Positions 38,740 to 52,890 of a stretch of DNA of 64,000 nucleotides are shown here, one piece after another. The stretch covers positions 42,968,001 to 43,032,000 of the forward strand of contig NC_087437.1 of NCBI RefSeq assembly GCF_036321535.1, written 5' to 3'. The notes under the pieces were generated by a model. It was not told where the DNA came from. It worked only from the letters and a program-made list of their open reading frames with translations, and ran no database searches. The translations under genes were made by a program, and so were the position numbers. The number at the start of each line of letters is the position of its first letter. The first letter of the stretch is position 1. Origin of the DNA: Camelus dromedarius (lineage: Eukaryota).

Positions 38740-41700
38740 TTCATAGCCAATCTTCTTGTATTCTGTGTCTCAGTAACTGGTATCCCTCTTCACGTGTTGC
38801 TTGAATCAGAAAACAGGAAATTTTGCTGGGCATCTATCTCCTTTTCATCCCCTTTATCTAGTTATAAATTTTAACTTCCAAATCCTCCTTTCATTTGTCT
38901 ACTTCTAGTTCCCACCGTTGTAACCTGAGTTTGAGTTTCTTTCATTTCTTGCCTGGGTTAGGACCTGCAGTGGCAGATTCTTGCTGAGCTCCCTGCATTA
39001 ATCTAGCCACTGCATTGCGAGCAAAGTGAACTTTCAGACACACAGACCTATCATGTCACCACCTTACTTAAAACTCTATGTTGTTTTAATGTAATGTAAC
39101 TTAAATGTATCATATTATTCTTAGGACAATGACCAGGTGTTTAATATATCCCATGATGCCCTACAGGATATAGTCCTTGCTACCTCTCCAGATTTATTCT
39201 GTGCCATTCTCCTCCTAAGTGCCTTTCAATGTACCAAGCTCCTTTTTGTCCTTTTGGGCATATTTCATTCCCTCCGTCTTGAAAGCTCTCTGCACCCATT
39301 CAACCCTATTTCATCTCCCTTCACTCAGTAAATAACTACATGTTCTTTAAAGCTCAGTGAAAATGTTATTTCCTCAGGAGCGTTCCCTGACCAGTCAGGA
39401 TCCTCTTGTTATAAAATTTCCTTGGCTATCTGCTTCTTTCTGTTTTTGAATCTAGCACAATTATTAAATAATGGCTTAATTAACTACTTGTTTGAAGTTT
39501 TTCTCACCTGCTCTAATATATGCTCCGTGGAATAAAGAACTTTATTTATATTGTTCACTGCTGCCAAAATAGTACCTTGCCATGAAAGTAGTTTCATATA
39601 TATGTACTTAATGAATGATCAAACAAACAAGTGACATTTTAAATGATAATAACTGATACTAGGTATTTCTAAAGCCACTGGCACATAGTAGGCACTTAAT
39701 AAGTGTTTATAAATAAATCCATGAATGTAATTTTTAAAAGATACCATATTTTGCTTAAAGAATACTCTTGATAAAATAACTGTACCTTTTATTATCACAG
39801 TGATGTTTGTTATCTTTTGCTTTGGCAAAGGAACTTTTCTATCTTAAAAGTGTACTTCTCAGAGAAAAAATGTAGAATGTTTGAATGTCAACATATTGAA
39901 GCTGATAGTTACCATTTTATATCTAGGAGGTTTGAATTGAGGATGAATAAAATTTTCTGCAGCTCTTAGGTTTAACTGTTTTTGTCATTATATTATTCCA
40001 GAGTTTTTATTGAACCCCCAAGAGTTCCTAGACAAATTCAGTATCCTCTGTGGAATTGTAGCATTTCCTTTAATTATGAATTTAAGCAGTACACACACTA
40101 GTACTAACTCCAATTGTGACTTCATTACCTATAGAAATTAAAAGCTTTTCATATATTATAGTTGTTGCAGACATCTCAAATATCATTTTAAGAATCTCTA
40201 CTTTGAAATTGTGGTAGTTACATTTTGTTACTTAATGTGCTAATAGACACATAAAATGCTGTATTATAAATTTGATTTATTTAGAATTTTTATGACTGTA
40301 TATTGGTTCCTTTGAAATTTGATGGGTTTTTAAAATCAATTTTAAAACATTATTCTGGGAAAAGGACTTTAGGTTTTACCAGATTGCCAAGAGTTCCATA
40401 TCACAAAAACGGTAAAGAATTCCTGCATTATACTATTTTTTTTTTAGTTGTGCCATTCATTGAATTTCGTGTTCATTCAGAAAAATTTTTAGGGAGGAGA
40501 AGACTGTAGTCTTCGAAAGAATGATCACATGAGAAGAAATGGCCGTGTCTTACATTCAAATTCGATTTTAAAACCTTGGTTTTTCAAACTGTTTTGTAAA
40601 TTCCTTGCTTTAAATACTCAATATGTTTTTTCCGTCCCTATCCTGTTTTGTGCTCAAGCTCTCCTCATTTCAGGTTGAAACTGAGGTTTTGAAGTAGAGT
40701 TGGGTCCCTAAACACTTGCTACTTCACACCTCTCTGCAGGGAAGTAATTCTTCTGGACTAAATTTTTCTCTTGCACTGTAGGGAATAAATACATGTTTGC
40801 TGAGGATGAGGAAGAATTAACCTTAGGCTCAGTCTATTCCGGGCCACATAAATCTGTGGTTATGAATGAAAAGAATTTGCAAGAAGCATTCTTATTATTT
40901 TGTCACACTGAGGGTGGAAGAATTGGTCGAGGAATTTTCATGGTTGGCAAACGGTAATCAGATACATCCAATTAAAACGAAAAAATGAGAGCACAAGTGC
41001 CCTTCTCTTTTTAATTAGATTTTGTTGTTGTTTGAACCGATTTTCTGTTTCTTGTGATCATCACTAACCCCCTGATAAGAGATAATGCATTTGAGTTCTG
41101 TGATTGCTATTGAAAATATAGTCCCATCCAGTATTTCCACCCTGCTATAATGGCTTTAAACACCCTAGCAATTAACTGTCTGTTTGAGTGAATTTTCTAG
41201 GTAGTTGCTGATTATTTTACTAAATATAGAAATTTTGTTTCATATTATTTTTTGATGAAATTATTTCTAAATGCCTTGCTTTCTTAAAGTGTGTGTGTAT
41301 ACACATAAAATACACATCTACACATACATATTTCTTGTCTGCATTGTAAAAATGATTAATTGTGACAATAAAAAGTACATCCTGTTAATTACAGTCCACT
41401 TTCCTGACCCTTTCAGTTTACCAGTAATGAGAACAAGTGTTGGTATCCAGAAGGACATTGGCTTTGAAGCAAGATGTGTAGACTTAATTCCTGGCTCTTC
41501 TGTTCAACAAGCAGTTTTGTGACCACGGGCAATTTTTTTAGCCACAGCTCAGTTTACTCAACTGTAGAAAGAGGGCGCTAATACTACCTCATTAAATGAA
41601 TGAAGCAGTAGATGTACATTGACAGGTATGTATCTGGTACCTAATAAATGGCAGTGACAGAATTAGTGTGTTGTAAAATTCTGTCTTCAGGACAGCAGAA

Positions 41701-42147
41701 TACTTTGTGCTTGTTCCTATATGAAAGATCTATTCTGTGTTCTTTTGTCTACTTTTAGTGGCCAGCATATCACTGCTGAAAGTGTACCTTGTAGCTCCTT
41801 CCTTATTTTTGCCTTAATTTTTTTCTTCCTCTCTTTGTAATTTTGGCTTATAATCTTTAGTGTTCTGATTAGCAGTTCTTTTATTTTATAGACATTGTTA
41901 GCCAGGGCACTTGCTTTTTCTATTTGATCGATGAACTACTGAATTATATGGTGAAGCATGTGATTTTTCTTTTTTTCTCACAGATCCTATTGTCTTTTGG
42001 ATGATTTTATGTTGTTCTGAGGCTTTTTTTTTTTTTTTTCCTGTTTGGTCTCTTTTGAGATTATGGGAACTACTACGAATAAACAAATGTAATCTGGGTC
42101 TGCTTTGCTGTGTAATCCTCAGTACCCTCCAGGCTCTGACAGTCCTA

Positions 42148-42162
42148 CATCTAGGGGGCGTC
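42148..42162 (+). promoter_or_regulatory. Candidate CTCF site
   Basis: catctagggggcgtc resembles the CCASYAGRKGGCRS core and retains its CpG. Confidence 0.35.
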
Positions 42163-43072
42163 ACTGCTCTTACTTTCCCTCCATTCCTGTGGGTGCTAGA
42201 GCTCTCAGACATCTCTGTCCGTCTCCTGAGTTGTACAACCTAATGTTCTTGTCCTGCTCTTTAAAAGAGAAGTCTGCAACTCTTCAGTTTCCTCCCCCAG
42301 GAATATAGTTCTCCAGTCATATCAAACTCTCCTCTCCAAGGCAGAGAGCACCCATAGGGTGAGGCTGAGGGAAGCAGGTTGGGTCCTGGAGGGGCTGAGT
42401 CCAGCCTAAACCCTGTGCTTGGATTGACTGCACATTCTGGCACTCCAGTCTTGCTCCTCCAGCTCAACCAGCCCATCTCCGTTAGATGTCTTCTCACTCA
42501 TTTTCTCACAATTTTCCTTGAGAATTGTGCTGTCTTCCTGAAATCCTCACCTCATAGTTCCATCATCCCAAGTCCATCAGAAAGATGATGCTTCTGGAAT
42601 ACATACACATTTCTTCCCCACAGGGCCCATACTTAAGAATATTTTGATACAGGAAGTTCATTGAATAGTCTCCAATAGTTAGAAGGTTCCCTTCCCTTTC
42701 CTCTCTCCACCACAAACAAACACAAAGTAACATTCTCATATAACCTTCAGCTCTGGCTGATCTAAAACATGCTACAAAAATAAGTTTGACATATCTGTTA
42801 TTTTCAACATTTACATATTTTGAAGAAAGATTTTAAAAGTCATTTTCATCCCATGTGAAGCTTTTGCTGTACACTGTTCCTATTACCCTGTCTTTATGGA
42901 TTTGCATTTTTAAGTCAAATTTTTGTTTTTTATCAAAATGTATTTAAATTATAAACAGTATTTTTTATTCATGGGTTTTTCTTTTCCCTAACAAGTAAAA
43001 AGTCAGGATATCATAGCTATGTAATAGCAGTTCTAAAAATTTTAAGTAAATTGTGAACATTAGAAATTATAC

Positions 43073-43212
43073 CTCATGTAAAAATAATAAGGTTCATATG
43101 ATACTTTTTTGCGTTTAAAGAATACTGTGGTGTAATTTCTTTGAATTTTCTCTGAATTCATAAATTGATTGTATTGATGTGTTTTTCATCAACAAGTTAA
43201 TCTTAGTCCTGG
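43073..43212 (-). pseudogene. Exon remnant 5 (140 nt, phase 0-2): PGLRLTC**KTHQYNQFMNSEKIQRNYTTVFFKRKKVSYEPYYFYM
   Basis: ccttttaaag| acceptor and gag|GTATAA donor. Tandem TGA TGA at 43186-43191. Phases match both neighbours. Confidence 0.6.
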
Positions 43213-46200
43213 CTTTAAAAGGATTGTGGTAAATCTAACATCAGTATTCAAAGGACCCATGATGTGAAGGAAGATAAGCATGTGGAAATGTGCTTCAGTG
43301 CACAGAACCGAGTTCAGTCATAAGAATAGATTTTGATAGGAATCACATTCGGCTGTGATAGGAGCTTACATATGGAGCAATAGAGCAAGATACATTCTTC
43401 ACTTAAGGGATCAAAATGTAAAGCAGACTTAAATAGCTTCCGGGTGTGCTGCATTATGATTACGATGTTATTTCATCATCCACTCCTCAGGTTTATTATG
43501 TGCTTCTTTGTGAAAGAGAGTTTGTTTTGTTTTGTTTTGTTTTGTTTTTGTTTTGTTTGTTTTGGGGCTATTATTTGTTGTAAACTGTTTATTTCTTCAT
43601 TAATGTTTCACAATTTCATTCAGCATTTATTTCATGCCAAATCTGGAAGAAGCCCTGTTAGGCTCTATGGAGCAACAGAAATGAATAAGATATGAATTTA
43701 CACTGTCTCCTAATTTACTAGGGCAAAGAGACGTGCAGACAACAAATTCACACAAAGCAAGAGGAAATTAGAGCAGTGACACATATGCACAGGGACAGTG
43801 TTCAGTTGGGTGTGGAGAGCGATGTGTCTTTATTTCATGAGCAGATTCCTGAAAAATTGGGATTTACGGTTGCTTGGACCGTAATTTAATTAATAGTTTG
43901 TGAATAATATGGATTGTTATTAGAGATTTTTTTTTTTGTATTCAAGCATGCTAGATGAAAAAAATAATACAAATTTAAAATCTAAAGATTGTGATAGGTG
44001 TAAAATGCATGTTAGCATCCACATCACATTTGCTTTTCTTTGAGGAGCAATACAGTGGCAAGTCAGAGAACAGGGAGGCGGCTGTCTCTGAAGGGGTCTC
44101 CAGGGATCACTAACATAGGAGTTAAAACTAGATAATTACTTCAAATAAATATAGTTGTATCCCAGGGACCGTGCTTAAATCTTAGGATAATCTGTCTAGT
44201 CAGCAGAAGCATAAAGTTTCACATTGCTAGACACAGCTAAGCACTCCATAATTTCCCTTTCTTGCCACTCTGTTTGCTGTTTTGGACAAAACTGATTAAC
44301 TAAATCTGAAAGTTGCAGGCTTTTGGTGTGTGTGTGTGTGGGAATAAGTCTTAACAGATCTTGAATGGCTTAGGAAAAGATACTTATTTTTATTACAGAG
44401 CTTACTCCTCTGTAAGATGTTCAGCATGTTTTAAGGGCTTATCAGGGGCATATATAGAAGTCAGAGAAAAGGTTTTAACAAAGCCATGTTTCATAGTATT
44501 TGTCTAAAGTTCCCACGTATCCATTACCTCAATTATCAAAGCTGATGCCGTGTTTTGATGGTGGAACTTTAATAAGTGCCCCCGTTCCCCACTTCTAATC
44601 GTTGGTTCTGAGCAAAGTACTAATTGTTTTCATACTAAAAATATTATGCACAAATGAGAAGTCATGTGGCTAAATCCAGAAAATAAAGCAACAACAACAA
44701 CAAAAAAATGAGAATAGACATTCCTTCTTCCTTTCCTTAATATTGCAAAATTTTAGTATATTTTTTTGGTACAAATTTTATAAAGCTACATGCTTTTTTG
44801 GAGGCAGGGCTGTCTTTGTCTTCCTTGCAGCAGATACTATGGTCCTTGCATGTAAAAGACGTTTGGTAACTATTAGACCGAACCATATAAATTGTTCTTT
44901 GTGTACAATCAGAAATTATCAAACATTAGTAATATCAAATGGTTCAATCTAAATTTGTTGAGTGAATGAAGAAATGAATGAATGAGTTATTCTTCCAAAA
45001 CATAGTCTATGGACTTTTGTCACATTAAACAGAGCTTTCACTGGATAATGCCTATTACTGAGCCTTGTCCCCCTGGGACATTGCTCTCCAAGCTCTTTTG
45101 AGCATATGCCCCCATTAATAAAACATGTTTGAGGTGACATATCCAAATATGTGTTCTTATTCTGACTTATATACTTATGTTTTATTACCATACTAAGGTA
45201 TTCTTGCAATCCTGTGCATCATCTGTCAGTTTTCTGGTATATGCAAACCCCATTTTGGAAAACACCATTCACAATTGAGCTTTCTAATTCTCTCAGAGAA
45301 CTACAAGTTTATTATGACTGATCTTCAAAATTAACCATTTCTGAATAATTTCATCCAAAAATATAACTTCTGTGTAAAGATTTAATGATGGATTCCAATT
45401 AAACTGCAAGGACGGGTGTTTCTCATATACAGACACATTACTTAAACAACAGAGGGAGCCCAGTGCATCCAAGGAAATTCTCCCTTTTGTTAATCTATTT
45501 TAATTCAATTAAATACGGCCACTTTTTATTCTAGGTCATATTGTTTTCAATTTGTATCTGTAGAATCTTTCATAAATTGCAATATATTCTGCATGGGATT
45601 TATGATTTATACAGTTTATACTGTCCCATAAAATGCCTTTAATACTCTAGCCTACAGTTATTTCTCCTTAAAAATTCTAATAGCATGCATTGTCTAATTC
45701 ACACAACTGTGGTCATAATCATACACCGTTTTTATTGGGAAATCTAAGGAAGGGACAGAGGCTTGAATTGGATGGTCTGCTAAGTTTGATTCTTAGATTC
45801 AGTGCTTCTCAGTTTATGAAGGCTTTTAGGACTTGAGAGTCACCTTCCTCAGTCTAAGCAAGAAGTAACCACACAACCAAAATTATTTTTCTACTTAAAA
45901 AAAAAAAAAAAAAGAAAAAGAAAAAAGGTGCTGGAGGATAGCTAGAGAAACTGAGACTCCAGCGCCTCCTTTGAGTATGGCTCCTTTACTCGGTGTGACG
46001 GTTGATACCCCTCAACTGTTATTTAACTTGATACTCTACGCTTGGCAAGGATGACTCTCCATTAGGCTCAGTGGGTGATATCATCACTGTCCATATGATT
46101 AAATGACACTTAGTAATATGGATTTCCCAAGTTGTGTAGTGTCTTCCTACTATGTCATCACTATCTCCATTTTATAGCCAGAACACAGGCAAATTTGGCT

Positions 46201-46863
46201 CCGCAGTGAAGGGTTCAGATAGATAAATACAAGAAGGGGAGGTTTTAATTTGTCACTGACATTGTTTAACATTCATAAAAAATTGTTTTACTGCCCAGAT
46301 GTTGGAAATTTATTAATTATCATTTTGGCTCTTGGGCCTGGTTCTTGCAAGAACTATGGTAGATGCCAGAAGCTAAATAACCTTTTGTCATTCTGCTGAA
46401 TAAAGGATTGTTTGTGCTCTCCAGTTGATAAATTATCTCTGTGCCTTGTCGTTATAAAAAGAAACTCATCTTGTTCACTGGCCTGGCAGGAGATGAGAAG
46501 GCCCTAGAGAGAGCACAGAGAATTCTTCCTTTCTCAAATCATATATAGGACGTATGCTGTGGGTCTGGCCTAGAAATGAATGTGGAAAGAACCCAGGACA
46601 AAGCACAAAACTTCCATTGTTACTGATACTTGGTACAAGATAGATTATTACAGATTTACAGGATTAAACATCTGCTCTTACCCATACTTAATTATTTTAT
46701 ACCTAGAAATCAGTTCTAGCTTAGACAAATGTACTTTTGTGTGTGCTTTGAAGTAAAGGGAAAACTTAAAATTCTAATGAAGCTAAGATAATACCAATAA
46801 TTTTATGTTATTCTACTAGTTTGTGACACAGATTTATGGAAACATTCGATATCATTGTGTATT

Positions 46864-47002
46864 TTAATTTCTAATTTTTTGTGGGGGGAGGTAACTAATT
46901 TTATCCATTTATTTATTATTTTTCATGGCGGCACTGGGGATTGAACCCAGGACCATGTGCATGCTAGGCATGCGCTCTGCCACTGAGCTGTACCCTCCCC
47001 CC
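46864..47002 (-). mobile_element. tRNA-derived SINE (Vic-1-like)
   Basis: Reverse-strand A/B boxes. Perfect 16-bp TSD gatatcattgtgtatt at 46848-46863 and 47004-47019. Confidence 0.93.
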
Positions 47003-47124
47003 TGATATCATTGTGTATTGAAGGGAAAAAGCTAAGTTATTCCTTAAAACCACCGTATTTCCAGTAAATAAAATGGGTCAAAACCTGCAATTGGATAAAT
47101 TGCTTTGTTTTTTTAAATTAATGA

Positions 47125-48825
47125 GTAAACTTTATTTATGTTCACAGTAAAATTGAACACAAGGTGCAGAGGGTTCCTGTATAACCCCTGTCCTCACACA
47201 TACAGAGCCTCACCCACTATCAATAAAGATTCCAGACCACGTGGTGCATTTGTTATCATGGATGAACCTACACTGATACATCATTATCACTGAAAGTCTG
47301 TAGTTTACAGTAGGGTTCACTCATTGTGCTGTGCAGCCTGTGGGTTTGAACAAATGTATAAAGGACATGTATCACCATTATGGTATCACACAGAATAAAC
47401 TGAACTCTCTGCACTCTGCCTGTTTGTCCCTTCCTCCCTATCCCCAGCCCCTGGCAACCACTAATCTTTTTACTTTCTTCATAGTTTTGCCTTTTCTAGA
47501 GTGTCATTTTATTGAAAGCATACAGTATGTTGCCTTTTCAGATTGGATTTTTTCACTTAATGACATGCATTTAAGTGGCCTATGTGGGAAACTCTTTTAA
47601 ATCTCGATAGCTCGTTTCTCCTTGTCTGGGTGTACCCTAGGTTATTTTTTCTTCTCACCTACTGAAGAACATTTTGGTTGCTTCCAAGTTTTGGCAAGTA
47701 TGAATAAAGCTGCTATAATATAAACATCCATGTACAGGTTTTTGTCTGGACGTAAGGTTTTAGTTTTGGAGGGTAAATACTATGAAGCATGATTGTGGAT
47801 CACATAGTAAGAGTATGTTTAGTTTTATAAGAAGCTGCCAACTGTCTTGCAAAGTGACCATACCATTTTGCATTCCCACCAGCAAGGAATGACAATTCTT
47901 GCTCTATATCCTCACCAGCATTTAGTGTTGTCAGTGTTTTCTAGTTAGCCTGTTTAGGGTCTTACCAATTTTTTATCTTTTCAAATAACCAATTTTTGGT
48001 TTTGTTGATTTTCTCTATTAACGTCTTTTGATTTCTCTGATTTGTGGCTCTAATTTTTATTATTTATTTTATTTTTGCCCACTTGGACTTAATTTCCTTT
48101 TTTTTTTTCCTGGGTTTTAAGGGGGAAGCTTAGATGATTACTTTTTAGATCTTTCTTCTTTTTAAATAAATTTTTTCAATTCTGTTCCCTCTAAGCACTG
48201 CTTTCACTGTATCCCACAAATTTTGATAAATCATATTTTCATTTTCATTTAGTTCAAAATATTTGAAAATTTCTCTTAAGATTTTTTTCCTTTGGCCCAT
48301 GTGTTATCTAGAAATATATTGTTTAATCTCCAAGTATTTTGAATTTTCCAGTTATCTTTCTATTACTGATTTCTGATTTAGTTCCATTGTGGTCTGAGAG
48401 CAGACATTGTATGACTTCTGTTTTTCTAATGTGTGTTAGGGTGTGTTTTGTGGCACAGAATGTTGTCTGTATTGGTGAATGTGCCATGTGATCTTGAGAA
48501 GATGTGTAATCTGCTGTTACTAGATGAAGTATTCTATATGTGCCAATTATTTACAAATGGTTGATGATGCCATTGAGGACAACTATGTCTTTACTGATGA
48601 TCTGCCTTCTGGATCTGTCCATTTATGATAAAGGGGTGTTACAGTCTCCAACTATAATAGTATCTCTATTTCTCCTTGTAGTTCCATCAGTTTTTGCTTC
48701 ATTAATCTTGATGCTCTGCTGTTAGTCACATACACATAAAGAATTGTATGTCTTCTTGAAATATTGCCCCTTTATTGTTTTGTAGGACCCCCTCTTTATC
48801 TTCTATAATTTTTCTTGCTCTGCTG
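47125..48825 (-). mobile_element. Old L1 (L1MB/MC-type) 3' end joined to an internal fragment
   Basis: gatgaacctacactgatacatcattatcac..; taccattttgcattcccaccagcaa; ccattgtggtctgagag. Confidence 0.85.
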
Positions 48826-48949
48826 TTGTGAGCTTGTGGACTTGAATGAAGTAATGAGGAAGGAATGCAGGAGTTAGAATAAGAGATTTACAGAGGCCTT
48901 ATCTGGAGAAAGAAGGAACAAACCCTCCTCACCAGTCTCACGTATTCCT

Positions 48950-50190
48950 CAACCAAATGCAATTATGAATGCTGCACACATAACTCATTTATGAAATTGC
49001 TTGCTCCAAATCCAATTAACTAATTTTTAGTCCTTATCTTATTTGTTCCCTCGACCATATTTGACACACACAGACTGCTAGACTACTCTTTTGGTAGTGG
49101 GAAATGTGGAAAGGGAATTTTTTTGAATATTCTCTTCCTTTGCCTTCCCTGACACTGCAGTCTCCTTATTCTCTAACTTTTCTTCTACTCTTCTCTGTTT
49201 CAGGTATTTCATTCTATCGTATCACGTAAACTATGGTTCCCTTTGTGACGTTATTTTAAAGGCTCTTCTCTTCTCCCTTTGTGTACTTTCCTGGAACAAT
49301 CATGTCCACTTCTGTGGCTTAAATTTCAACTTTTATAGTTATGACTCCCACATCTATACCTCCAGCTTAGGTCAGTCTCCAGAAGCTACAGACTAGCATA
49401 TTCAAGTGCTTACCGGACAGCTGCCCTGAGAATCTTTCAGACACTCTGAACTCAATGTATAGAATACTGAATTCAAAGATTTTTCTCCGTAACTCCAGTC
49501 CTTTTTCTGTTTCTTAACCTAGTGAATATCAATTCATCATACCATGTTGCTCTAGCAGAGAAATTTGGAATAATTCTTAACTTCCCTTTCTCATCTCCAG
49601 TATTTAATCGATCACCAAATCTTGTGTATTTGAACTCCTTAAAATCTCTTAAATCTCCTCAATTTCCATCTTTCCAGATTTCTGTTATTATCATATTTGA
49701 ATGGAACTGCTGCTGTTATGTCCTAATTGGTCTTCCTCTCTCCAGTCTTTCTGCTTTTCGATATCCATTCTTTATCAAACCCTTTATAAGCCTTGTCGAA
49801 GCTTCAAGCACTTTAAACCTTCAAAAAGGGCAATGGGTTCTCTCTCTTTTCTCTAAGTGTACACTCATTGTTTCCCTTGGATGGAACTCATTCTTATGAC
49901 CTCTTCCATTCTACTTACCTTTCTTGTGTAGCTTAAATGTTGCTTTCTCTGCAAATCACTTTATGGACATCCATAGTGTGTGTGAGGTGCCCCGTCTATA
50001 AGCTCCCATGTTGTCCTGTATATTCTGTAATGTAAGACTTACCACACTGTTCTTGACTGCCTGATTAGTTGTCTCCTGCATTAGATGGCAAGCTCCTTGG
50101 TGCTCCTTGGCCCTTTTCACTATTATGCCTTTGGAATCTAATACAGTGTTTGCCATGGAATAGTAGGTAGTTAAAATATTTTCTTAATGG
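48950..50190 (+). mobile_element. LINE-2 remnant
   Basis: tagtccttatcttatttg..atttgacac; atgactcccacatctatacctccagc; ttagatggcaagctccttgg. Confidence 0.75.
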
Positions 50191-50449
50191 AAGATTAAAA
50201 ACTAAGACAGCAGGCGGGAAAAAATATATATAAATAATTGCAGGTATTTTTGTTTGTTTGTTTTCACTTTTGAAGTTCTTACCCATAAAGATTTCTGATA
50301 TTTGAACAGAGAGAAAGGGCCAGCTACACTTGAAGATGCTTGGAAGGGAAGGAAGGAAGGGGAGCAGCAGGAGGGTGCTCTTTAGGAAACAGGTGGGAAG
50401 AAAAGTGCTGGAGGGAAGGGATAGCTCTTACTTTAAATATTTAAAACAG

Positions 50450-50743
50450 TTTTTTTCTTTCTTTTTCTTTTCTTTTCATGAGTTAATTTATCCCTGTTAT
50501 ACAAATAAATTCAAAAGAACAGGCTGTATACAGAAAAGGTAACTTCCGGTGTCTCCTGCCACCCAACCATCCTTTTCTCCCAATCTGGGACAATCAATGA
50601 GATTAGTTTTCTTTTTGTCCTACATACAGTCTATGTATGTGATTTTGCATTTGTGTATGTTTATATGCATGTGATTTTAAAAATATATTTTGTAGAATCA
50701 GCAGTGTAATATATACTTTTCTGTTCTGCACTTTGCTTCTGCA

Positions 50744-50817
<74 letters not shown>

Positions 50818-52890
50818 ATGTGCTCATCCGCATAACATTATTTTTAAGCTTTCATAGAGTTCCGTGACACGGATGTGTCATATCTTATTTAATCTGCTCC
50901 ACACTATGGACAGCTAGATTGTGCTCTTTCTTGTACAGTAACAAACAGCACCACAATGTATACCCTATACAAGTATCATTTTGCTTACATGAAACACAAT
51001 ACCTAGAAGTAGAAATGTCAGATGAAAAGGTACATATATTTTTAATCTTGGAAGATCTTACTGAGGTGGCTTCGTTGGAAGCTGTGTTGGTTACACTCCC
51101 ACCAGCTGCATCTTCAGCTGCCTTTACAGGCGCTGCCACTAATGCAGTGTGTCGCCAGGCAAGTTTATTTTTGCCAAACTACTGGGTTAAAAAATACCTC
51201 ATTTCAGTTTTAATTTAAATTTCTGCTAATATGACTAAGAATGCAGTGTCCTCTTCTGTGTTTAAAAGCCATATGTTGATTTTTTTTCTCTTGGTAAACA
51301 GTCCATATGCTTTGCTCATTATTTTCTCAGTGGGCTGTAAGTCTTGTGATGGTTTATTTTAAAGTTTCTATTATTACAAGTATATATGTAACATATTTAT
51401 ATTTAAGTATTTGTAACTGTAACTGTAATTATATGTATGTATATAGTTATAATAATATATATAGTTATAGTTACATATCACGAAGATGTGTGTGTGTGTG
51501 TGTGATATGCATTGAAAATATTTCCCCACTTTTATCTTCTGACTTTGCTCATAAAGTTGTTTACCCTTTAGAGAATCTTTTAACTCTGTGTAGTCAGATT
51601 TATCGGTTTTGCTTTTACTGCTTCTGAGTTTTATGTAATCTGAGAAGTCATTTCTCATTTTAAATTATGTTTTAAAAATACTCTGCTGATTTATTTGAGA
51701 AAGTTAACTAATTTTTATATCTAAGTCTTCAATTCAATAGAATTTTATTTGTTATGAAGATAAGGTTATATCTAACTTTTTTCAGATAGTTTCCCAGATT
51801 GTCACAATACTGTTCATTGTATGATACATATTTTCTTCATTGACTTGAAATGTCATTCTTTTTATATATGTCAATGATGATTTGCTCAGTTTTCATATGT
51901 GGTTTATTTATAGGGTTTCAATTCAATTCAATTCCTCTCTCTCTCCTTCACCAGAACAACAATCCTTTAATTATTAAAGCTTTAATATATTTTGATATCT
52001 AATAGAGATAGTCCTTTCTCATTACTCTTTATTTTTTACTAACTAGCCTTGATTATTTATTATTCTGTGTGGTCTTTAGTTTGTGTAGTTTTTGCAAAAC
52101 CTGCTGAATGTTATTATTAAAGCATATTAAAATAGATTAACTTGCAGATACTAATGACATAATTTTGTATCTTCCTTGGCAAGACATGGCTTTTATTTGT
52201 TTTAGTTTTTTTTTTTTTTTTTTTTTTTGTCCCTCAGGGGATTTAACATTTTTTCCTTATATAGATTTTGCACATTATTTATTAACTTATTCCTAAATCT
52301 TTGATAACTTTTGTTATTTAAATGGAGTATTTTCTTTAATTTTCAGCATGACTGGTTTTTATAAGTGTATATGAAAGCTATTGATTTCTGCATATTAATT
52401 TTTCACTCAGTCATTGATATCTTTGGGTTTCCAGATAGAATAATTATACCAATATCAAATGATATATTTTTTACCTCCCTTCCAATCTGTATTTCTTTTC
52501 CCTAATCGTGTTGGATAGTGCCTCCCTACTCGTGACAAAAAACGTTTGTGAGAGTGAATTTTGCTATTCTGTTTCTGACATTAATAAGAATATTTCTATT
52601 GTAAACTCATTAAACTCATGTTGTGAGATTGTGATTTCAGGTAAATATATTTCATCATATTAATAAAATAACTCTCTATCCCTTCCTTCTAATTAAGAAT
52701 TATAATCGGTATCAAGAATAGATTTTGATTTATGTAAATGTAGTATACTATAAAATTTAATGTCTCTGTACATAATATAATAATTATATGATTGTTTTCA
52801 TTATAGGTGTGTTATTATGGTGATTTATACTAATACATTTCTTAATATTTAGGTTTCCTCCCATTTCTAGGAAAAATCCTACTTGGTTTG
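50450..52890 (-). mobile_element. Ancient L1 (L1ME-type)
   Basis: ttacactcccaccagc; acctcatttcagttttaattt; gaaagctattgatttctgcatatt. Confidence 0.75.
50746..50817. repeat. (TATC)n tetranucleotide microsatellite, about 18 units
   Basis: Direct reading. Confidence 0.97.

Larger units (their letters stand above)
36480..39620 (+). mobile_element. LINE-2 remnant interrupted by the young L1
   Basis: RT motif DLSAAFD encoded near 36600-36622. L2 3' motifs at 38550-39620 ending in aatgaatga. Confidence 0.7.

Noticed and set aside
44737..44952. Overlapping short ORFs
   Set aside because: They overlap an L2-like 3'-end remnant and have no convincing splice signals.
6250..47002. tRNA-like sequences at 6250, 7966 and 46864 as tRNA genes
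   Set aside because: They have A-rich tails, TSDs and degenerate stems, so they are SINE copies.
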